DNA of 18,439 nucleotides, taken from Candidatus Micrarchaeota archaeon (GTDB lineage: Archaea; Micrarchaeota; Micrarchaeia; Anstonellales; Bilamarchaeaceae). Position 1 is the first letter of the stretch. Each line of letters starts with the position of its first letter. The stretch spans positions 1 to 18,439 of the forward strand of contig JBFMCO010000016.1 of assembly GCA_040754495.1 (NCBI GenBank). The letters are read 5' to 3'. A program made the position numbers and the translations under genes. The notes beneath the pieces were generated by a model that saw nothing but the letters and a program-made list of their open reading frames with translations, made no database searches and had not been told where the DNA came from. Positions 1-8,400 of the stretch are shown here, one piece after another.

Positions 1-1989
1 AGGGAGGCCACGCCGAGGCCGACAGTCTCCGTGGAATGGCTCGACCAGCAGCTGCGGGATTCGAGGCGGGATGACCGGCGCGCGAGGGCCGCGGCCACCA
101 CGCTGCACGCTAACAGCAGGTATGTCGAGCAGTTCCTCGACCCCGGGGCGCAGAGGGGCCTCGAGAGGACGGACAACCAGAAGAACACGACAATCGCTGT
201 CTTCAACGCGCTCTACCAGATTCCGGCTTTCAGGCTCTACCTTTCGTCCGTCGCGGCGCAGCAGCAGGCGCTGCCGGAGGCCCAGAGGTCGTTCCCAGAG
301 TTCCTTGCCCTGCAGACGTTCCTGGCCGAGCCGGGCCGGGGCGAGACGCTCAGCAGCGGGGCCGAGGATGCCATAATCAGGGGCGCGGACATGTACATCC
401 GCTACTTCCTCTTCAGCTTCGTCGCCGGCAACGCGGATTACGCGCGCTTCCGCGAGGAGCTGAACCAGCTCCCGACCGGAAGATGGAGGGTGGAGAACGT
501 ACAGGGCGCCATGACGTTCCAGCCGCAGGGCGGGCGGGCGCCGAGCGAGGCGGACAGGATAGCTCTCATGAGGCTTTACCTGACTGGCACGATGGACGCC
601 GACACAATCACCGTCGCTTCCCTTTACCTGAGGAGGTGGACGCTCGAGCATCCGGAGCGCGGGCGCGGAAGGAGGCAGGACCAGATAGACGCGTGGCAGG
701 CTCCGGAGATAATAACCCCGACCGAAGTCGCGGCCCAGGCTGTAGTGCCCCGCGTCGGCGTCATCGGGGACTCGCTCACCGCGGGGGGCAGGTACGCGAC
801 AACGCTGAGGACTTACCTGCGCGAGGGCAACCCGGATGCGGCGGTCGACCATTACGGCGTGGTGGGCGAATCGCTGCGCGCGATATCCGGAAGGTTCGAG
901 CGCGACATCCTCAGCCACGCCCCGGCTTACAACGCTGTCGTGATACAGGGCGGCATCAACGGAATAACCGGCACTTCGGTCATCGAGGCCGAGCGCTATT
1001 TCACGCAGATGATAAGCGCCGCGAGGGCAAGGGGCATGAAGGTCATTCTCCTCACCCTTCACCCATGGGCCGGCGCCTCCAGCTCGGACGCTACGGCGCA
1101 GAGCAGGACGGCAGAGATTAACACCTGGCTGCGCTCGCAGGCCCAGGCAGACGGGAGCGTCGTCGTGGTGGACGTCTCCTCCCTCGGCGAGGGCAACCCG
1201 CCGAGGCTCAGGCAGATATACGACAGCGGAGACCACCTGCACCCGAATGCGGACGGCAGGGACCTCATAGCGAGGCTGATATCGCAGGCCGCCTTCGGCC
1301 GCCAGCCCACTGCGACGCAGGCGCGCAGCGAGCTGCAGGATTATGCTGACCGGAACTGGAGGAACCTCTCGACCGAGCTCTCGAATGCCGCGAGGCAGGG
1401 AAGGCCTGAGGCCATAATCACCCTCTCGCGCAACCTGCCGCAGGGGCAGGCGTCGCTCGAAGCGGCGCTCACGGCGCTCAACCGCGATGACATCGCGAGG
1501 GCGTACGACCGCGTCTTCAACGACTACTTCCACCGGGACAGGGACTTCCTTGACTTCTGCCGCACGAGGACCGAATACCAGAGCATAGCGCTGGAATCGG
1601 TCACCATGAGCGCCCAGCGCACGCCTGCCGAGAGGAGGGCCGTCGTGCGCGCGATGCAGGAGTTCATCAACTACCAGGCGGGCCGCTCCGGCGACGAATA
1701 TTACACAAGGCTCAGGGACGACCTCAGGCTCCTTTACCGGGACGGCCTGAGGCTGACCGGCGACAGCCAGCAGAGCCTGCACATAGACGGCATGGAGGAC
1801 GTCCGCACGCTCGCGGCCATCGGCGTCTACAGCTGGAGGAAGGCCAACCGCAGCGCCCAGGTCGGCGCATGGGGCCAGTCGCTCGGCATCGGCACGCAGC
1901 GCACGGAGGCTCAGCCTGCGCAGCCAGCCCAGCCGACACAGCCTGAGCCGCGGCCGGGCGAGCAGAGGAGGCGCGTCATACACCCGTAG
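1..1989 (+). CDS. SGNH/GDSL-family hydrolase domain protein with flanking peptidoglycan-binding-like motifs (5'-truncated by the window edge)
   Basis: Frame is open from base 1 (REATPRPTVSVEWL...), so the GTG at 31 is probably internal. SGNH blocks are visible: I GDSLT (766-774), II YGVVG, III QGGING, V DHLHPN (1231-1242). Stop TAG at 1987-1989. Confidence 0.85.
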   Translation, partial: REATPRPTVSVEWLDQQLRDSRRDDRRARAAATTLHANSRYVEQFLDPGAQRGLERTDNQKNTTIAVFNALYQIPAFRLYLSSVAAQQQALPEAQRSFPEFLALQTFLAEPGRGETLSSGAEDAIIRGADMYIRYFLFSFVAGNADYARFREELNQLPTGRWRVENVQGAMTFQPQGGRAPSEADRIALMRLYLTGTMDADTITVASLYLRRWTLEHPERGRGRRQDQIDAWQAPEIITPTEVAAQAVVPRVGVIGDSLTAGGRYATTLRTYLREGNPDAAVDHYGVVGESLRAISGRFERDILSHAPAYNAVVIQGGINGITGTSVIEAERYFTQMISAARARGMKVILLTLHPWAGASSSDATAQSRTAEINTWLRSQAQADGSVVVVDVSSLGEGNPPRLRQIYDSGDHLHPNADGRDLIARLISQAAFGRQPTATQARSELQDYADRNWRNLSTELSNAARQGRPEAIITLSRNLPQGQASLEAALTALNRDDIARAYDRVFNDYFHRDRDFLDFCRTRTEYQSIALESVTMSAQRTPAERRAVVRAMQEFINYQAGRSGDEYYTRLRDDLRLLYRDGLRLTGDSQQSLHIDGMEDVRTLAAIGVYSWRKANRSAQVGAWGQSLGIGTQRTEAQPAQPAQPTQPEPRPGEQRRRVIHP

Positions 1990-1998
1990 CCGCAAACG

Positions 1999-2033
1999 GC
2001 TCCCGGCCTCCGGCAGGCGGTTCCGGGTTTCCG
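1999..2033 (+). repeat. Degenerate heptamer array (5 units) downstream of the SGNH gene
   Basis: gctcccg-gcctccg-gcaggcg-gttccgg-gtttccg, 7-nt period, starting 10 nt after the stop codon. Confidence 0.55.
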
Positions 2034-2134
2034 ATTGGAGCGCGTAGCGCTCCAATGGACCAGCGAACGGTTCGCCGTTGTCATGAACGTCGCTACGTTC
2101 ATGAGCATGCTCGTGGTCGGTTCGCCGACCACGA
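2034..2134 (+). other. Cluster of perfect inverted repeats; candidate structured RNA or cruciform element
   Basis: 10-bp stems at 2034-2056 (loop GTA), 2081-2104 (loop CGCT) and 2111-2134 (loop TTCG), plus a 5-bp stem at 2066-2079 (loop TTCG). Confidence 0.6.
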
Positions 2135-2378
2135 CATCGCCCGGTCGTGTTTTGGGTTCTGCGTTTTCCCAGCGGTTTTCCCCCTTTTTATGCATTTTTA
2201 CTTTCCGGAATGCCAGGCCTTCCGATTTTTCCAAAGGTAGTCCGGAATTTCAGGTATTTTCAACAGTTTTTACATACACGAAAATCCGCTTTGTGTGACA
2301 ATCCTTTTTATTCCTTTCCCGGCATATTATTGACGTTAAGCACAGCTCAGCTAAACACAGGCATCCACCGGAATCGGG

Positions 2379-2406
2379 CCCAAAACCGAAAACCGGAAAC
2401 AGGGAA
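2379..2406. repeat. Heptamer array (4 units)
   Basis: cccaaaa-ccgaaaa-ccggaaa-cagggaa. Confidence 0.65.
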
Positions 2407-2411
2407 CGCTC

Positions 2412-5400
2412 ATGGCCGGACCGAGACTCAGCAGGGAGGACGGGAATGCAGAGGGAGGCCGACCGCTCGCGGAGGAGAGGCGCAGGAAGTTCCGCAAATT
2501 CTTTTTGTCCGATTTCACAGCCGCCTCGCTTGCCGGGGTACTGACGTTCTTCAGCGGAAGCAATTTAAACAATCTCGGACCTAATGTTGCTATGTCACAA
2601 CCGGGCCAACCGAGGCAGCGCGGAAGGGCGACAGTAGAGGCGGAGGAGGTCAGGAACCTGGAGCAGTACGCGGTCGATGCGGCCGCTGCCTACCGCCAGT
2701 ACATAACCGGTGCAGACCCTGCCCAGCGCGAGCGCTTCTGGAGCATATACAACAGGTCTTTCGGCGGCGCGACGCTCCATGACAACACCGTCTTCATGAG
2801 CAAGCTGTTCACCGAGCTCGACCGCGTCGGCCAGGACCCCGGCGTCCGCCCGCTGCTTGAGGCGTTCACATCCGACCGGGGCAGGCTCTTCGGTTTCCTC
2901 TGGTCCAACCCGGTGCATTTCACCGACTTTATAGACACCATATTCAACATCAGGAGCGCTCTCGAGAGGGGCGCGGCGACCGATGCGGCCGTAGCGAGGC
3001 TCGCACAGCAATACCGGGACCTCGGCAGCAGGCCGGTCCGGGCAGACACCCAGCTCGCCCGCGTCCGGACCTCGGTGCAGGGCGGCATGGGCATAGAGGA
3101 CGCTGCGCGCGCCGAGCTCGAGCGGACTGGCCGCGAGGATGCGACGGCAAGATACGGGGAGAACCTGACGAGGGAGGTCGGGGCCCTCATGCCCCGCGAG
3201 CAGGCCCGCAGGTGCGCCTCGGCCCTGCGCGATTTCATGCTCACCGGAAACGACGCGAAGAGGCAGGAGTTCAGGCGCATCTTCGACGCCAACACCTCCT
3301 CGGCCTTCATGGACGCATTCACGGTGGAATTCCGCACGAGGATTTACCAGGACACCGCATCCGGCCTCGCCGCGGTAGCGCAGGCCTACAACACCAGGCA
3401 CAGCGGGACAGAGCCGAGCGAATTCGCCACTATGGTGGCCAACCTCTACCGCGCGGCCCAGACCGGCACCCCGGAGGAAATCGAGCGGATGAGGACGGCG
3501 GAAGGGACGAACGTCGTGGACCCGCTCCTCGCGATAGTGGCAAGGGGCATGGCCGGGCGGGCCATCACGCTGCTGCGCGACGTGCTCGAGACCGGGAGCG
3601 GCTCATCGCGCGACGCGTTCGTGCAGATACTGAACGGCCATCTGGCGGTCGTGGTGAACAACGCCGTGCAGATGCCGACAGTCGAGAACAACGACGTTTT
3701 CTGGAATGAATTCACAAGGCGCTATTCGCAGGAAATCGCGCAGAACAGCACGCTTGCGACCCTTGTCCGCGGATTCGGCAGGAACATACTCCCCATAGCG
3801 ATAAGGGACATATACACCGAGCTCTCGAGGGCGACCCCGGACACTGCGAGGCTGAATTCCGACTATGGCCCGGACCTGGTCAGGCTGGTGCAGTCGAACA
3901 TGGCGAGCCTCACGTGGATGATCCGGAGCGAGACCGAGCTCAACAACGAGATTCGGCGGAGGGCCGACGCGCAGGATGGCACCGCGGTCGCGCTCCGCGG
4001 AGTCCGCATGACCGTTCCGAGGGGACGGGCTCTCTCAGACAGCTTTGTGACGCTCGTGGGACTCCGCACGAGGAGGGCGGCCATAGAATCGCCCGACGTG
4101 CTCCAGATACTCGAGCAGAATTACGACCAGCTCTCCTGGCTCTCAGGCTCCGCGGCCGACGTCCAGAGGGAGCTGGACAGGAGGGCGCGCGCAAGGCCTC
4201 CGGACGCGGTCGCGGTCCAGCTCCGCGCGCGCTTCCCGCAGAACGCGGGCCAGTCGCTCTCGCGGGCATACGGAGAGCTTCGCGCGGTCAGGGAAGGGCG
4301 GGCGCAGCTCGTGCAGAGATACGGCGAGGAATTCGTGTCCGTCGTAGAGCGCAACCTCGACAACCTTTACTGGGTGGTGCGGCCGGTGACGCAAATCGAG
4401 AGCGAGATGCAGTCCAGGCGCGACGAGGCGTTCCCCATCGCTGTCTATTCCACGGTAGGCTTCTCGCTAGGCGCGCTGGCAAACGGCATGCGCGACATAC
4501 TCGGCGAACTCGCAAGGAGCAGCCCGGACCGGGCGAGGCTCGAGAGGCGCTACGGCACGGAGCTTGTGCAGTTCGTGGAGCAGAACCGGAGCGCCCTCGG
4601 ATGGGTCACGAGCCAGGACCTGGGCACGGTCATGGACAGACTCCAGCAGCCCTCATCTGATGCCGTGACAAGGCAGCTCCAGACGAGATGGCTCTACAGC
4701 TACACGCCGGTGCAGCTCGTTTCCGCGATACAGAGGGCAAGAAGCGCAACAAGCAGGGGCGGGATAGCGCTTGCCGACGCAAGGGACGCGTACGGCGAGA
4801 CTGCGTTCATGTCTGCGGTGGCCACGCGACAGGCTGTCGCGACGCCCTCGCGCGGCCCGGAAGCCGTCGAGGCTAGAAGGGCCGAGATAGAGTCCAGAAG
4901 GCGGCAGTTCGAAAGGGACCTTGAGTCGCTCGAAGGCCAGATGAGGTATTCAATCCTTGAGCCGGCGCGCGTGGCGCTGCGCGAGCACATCCGCACATGG
5001 AGGGCCGAGAACGAGGCCATCCGCCTTGCCGCGCGCTCGTCGCAGGACCCGGCTGAGCTCGACGCCCTCGTCCAGAGGCAGATAGCCTTAAACAGCGTCA
5101 TGCTGTCGCCCGCAGACCTGAGGAAGTCGGTCGAGATGTCTTTTGCCATGATCCACCTGGCCGAGACCGGGGCGGACATGGGCCGCGGCCCGCTCATCGA
5201 AGGCGTCACATTCAGCGACATGGACATAGGCACACTGCGCAGGCTCCTCGAATGGTACAACGGCCTCGGAAGGACCGGCAAGCAGCAGGTCGTGGGGGAC
5301 ATAGTGGCCGCGGTCATGGGCCGCGCGGACCCCCAGCTCCACCGCTTCATAAGCAGGATGGACGAGCCGAATTTCTTCTCTTCGCTTGTCCGGGCCTACG

Positions 5401-8400
5401 GCGCGGCGCGGACGCGCGATGCCGGGGCGAGGCAGACCATGATCTCAATCTACGGCGAGGACTTCATGAGGGCCGTGGACGAGCAGGCACCGCACCTGCG
5501 CGTCCTTGAAAGCCCGACCGTGACGTACCGGGACCTCGAGCGCGGCGAGAACGCGCTTTTCGCGGCAATAGTCGCAAGGGTCACGCGCGCCATCACGAAC
5601 CCGAGCGGCACCGAGACGCGCGAGACCATGATAAGGCTCTTCGGGGACAGGTTCGTCCAGGTGGTGGAGGCAAACCGCCAGGCCCTTGCGCCGATGGCAT
5701 CTGCCACTGCCGACCTTGCGACGTTCCAGGGGCTGCCGGAGGCAGTGAGGCAGGCGATTACGCAGGCTTATCCGGAAGCGTACAACAAGAGCGTGAGGAG
5801 CATCATGCGCCTCTACCGCAGGCAGGACCAGTTCATGTTCATGGCCATGGTTTCGGTCTATTCAGTCATGAGAGCGAGGCCTGACCGCGGCGCTCCTGCA
5901 GAGCGCGTGCGCGAGTTCGATGCGCGCACCCAGGAGCTTTACCAGGCTTACGGGGAGCAGTTCGTGAGGCTGATTTCCGAGAACATGTCCCAGCTCGGGC
6001 TTCTCGAGAGCCCGACCGTGACTTCACGCGAGCTGAGCAGGGTCTCGGCAGACCTGCTTGAGAGGCTCAACCAGGCATACGAGACCGGGCCGGGCGCAGG
6101 CCGGGCCAACTTCATGCTGAACTTCACGAGGCTGGCAGAGAGGCTGCCGAGGGTTTACACGCAGCTGCGCAGCTCCCTGCTCTTCTCGAACGCCACCGAC
6201 CAGATGTCGGTCAACTTCGCGAACGTCGTGCAGCTCTACCGCCAGGAGTTCGGCTCGGACAACTACCTCTTCAACCAGTATCTCAACATAGATCTCCTGA
6301 GCAGGAGCCTCACGCGGCTTGCAAGGAGATACAACGTCGAGCTGCCGCCCTGGGCGGCAGACGGCTTGGACAGCCCGGAGGAGCTCTCGAGGTTCCTCGG
6401 GACAGAGGCCGGAAGGCGGCTGATAAGCGAGGGCAGGAGGTTCTACGAGGGCATAGAGACGCAATACCTGACCAACAGGGCAGAGCTTCCAGCCGATTCC
6501 GCGCTAAGGACGACAGGCGATTTCAGCGACTCGAATGTTGCCAGCCTTCGCAACGAGCTCTCCATACTGGACGCGCTCTACCTCGGCGTCGCGATGGAGA
6601 GGATAGGCGGCACGGATTCCGCGTTCTCACGGAGCGCCGCGACGGCGGTCATGAATTCCCTCCTCGTGATTTCGCACAGGGACCCGTATCTTGTCGGCCC
6701 CTACCTGCTGCAGGTTCTGCCGGCGATACTGTCAGTCGCGCAGGACGAGCGCACGCTGGTCGCCGGCATCGAGGCGTTCAACCAGATATTCACGCAGAGA
6801 TACGAGTCGGGCACGAGGGACATCGCCTACACCACTGCGCTGAACCGGCGCTATTTCCTCGAGGTGTTCGCCCGCATAGGGGAGCGCCTGCCGGAGGTGG
6901 TGAGCACCTACGACCACAGCAGGCTGGAAGACGAGCTGCGCCTCACTCCCGAGCCGAGGACCGACGAAGGGTATCTCAGCCCGCTTCTCTACAGGTACAG
7001 GCCCGGGTTCTGGCAGGGCGAGGGCCTTGAGCCCCTGCCGACGATGTACGGCCAGTACGGGGCGCCCATCAGGCTGCTGCCGCGGCCGTTCATGCCCACA
7101 AACCCGTTCCTTCCGGTGCCCGGAGGATTCAGGCTGGACTCCGGAGCGGCTGACTTATACAGCAGCATGTACGACCAGCTCAGGCCGCCAGCCGACAGGA
7201 TGTTCCGCCAGCGCGTGCCACCGAGGTTCAGGATAGGCGCGCTCGGGGCATCCACCATAATCCGGAGGATAAACCAGCTTTTCGGGCCCATGCCGGTTGA
7301 CTACAACGATTACTGGCTGAGCGGCACCGGTGAGGCCGGCGCGTTCTACGCGCACGAGGAGCGCGGCGCGACCACGCGTGACAGGGGAGGCGCGGCCGCG
7401 ACAGGGGCCGGAAGGACGATATCCGGAGGAGTCGCGGGCCAGGCAAGATACACAAGGGACGTCACCGAGACGACCTCGGGCGCCGCAGGCGGGGAGCAAA
7501 GGGCGACCACGCAGACCTCGGACATAGTGGACGTGCGCGGGACGGCCGTGAGGCTGCCTGCACCGATGTCAGGACCCGTGCCGCTGCCCCTCTTCGGCGT
7601 CATCCCATGGGACATGTTCGGCATGGGCGAGGGCGTGGGGATACACCGGGCGAGGCAGGAGTTCCATCACGAGAGCGCGGGGACCGAGGAGAGGGTCACC
7701 CCGCCCGGAGGGCCGACGACCGTCACCGAGACGCCGAGAAGCGGAAGGACACGTGGGCTCCTGGACACCTACCAGAGGATAGCGCGCGAATCCCAGACGG
7801 ACATGCTCCTCTTCGTCCAGGGCGAGCACGTCCCGGAGCTGCGCGGCGCTGCTCCGGCAGGCGGCGGCGAGGCCCCGGTGGCGCAGAGAGGGCAGGACAG
7901 GCTGAAAAGCAGGCTTTACTTCGTAACAAGGGAAGGGGACATCTACCAGCTCGCCTACGGGCTTGACACCCTGTCCCAGCTCTCGAACTACCTTTACGCG
8001 GGCGCGAACACCCAGCAGTGGCTGGCTTCGGTGCGCTCCGTCGGCAGGCAGATGCTGACAGGCGACGCGGCGGCCGGCGGCTTCGACGGCATGGCCGTCG
8101 GGTTCACGCTCCCGCGCAGCGGCGGGGACACGTTCTCGGCTCTCGCCTTCGGCCAGCTTGTGCGCAACATGCGCACGATGGACCCGGTGCATGCTGAGCA
8201 GGCCCTGGGCATGGCTGTCACGAATCTTCTCAACGACCGCCGCCAGCGCGACATATATGCGGCATTCTTCCGCGGCGCCGAGACCGTCACGGTCGACCAG
8301 GCGGACAGGACAAGAATCAGGGACCCGCGCTTCGCTGAAGGGACCGGCGAGGTCATGTGGAGGCGCGTGCGCATAGACCCGATGGCCTACCAGGCCGAAG

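Noticed and set aside
1906-1950. AQPAQPAQPTQP tail of the SGNH protein
   Set aside because: Ordinary short low-complexity disordered tail with no sorting motif recognised.
2034-2146. tRNA or diversity-generating retroelement hairpin interpretation
   Set aside because: Stems are too long for a cloverleaf, with no T-loop or D-loop consensus. There is no reverse transcriptase or TR/VR pair differing at adenines in the window.
2478-2510. Twin-arginine (Tat) signal in ERRRKFRKFFL
   Set aside because: It deviates from S/TRRxFLK and the h-region is weak and contains Asp. The segment may lie upstream of the true start; it is kept only as an alternative in the start-site finding.
1911-2584. Small ORFs across the intergenic region (1911-2234, 2035-2298, 2055-2240, 2147-2584, 2351-2572)
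   Set aside because: They translate through hairpins, T-tracts and heptamer arrays (e.g. RKPETGN), with atypical composition and no credible promoter spacing.
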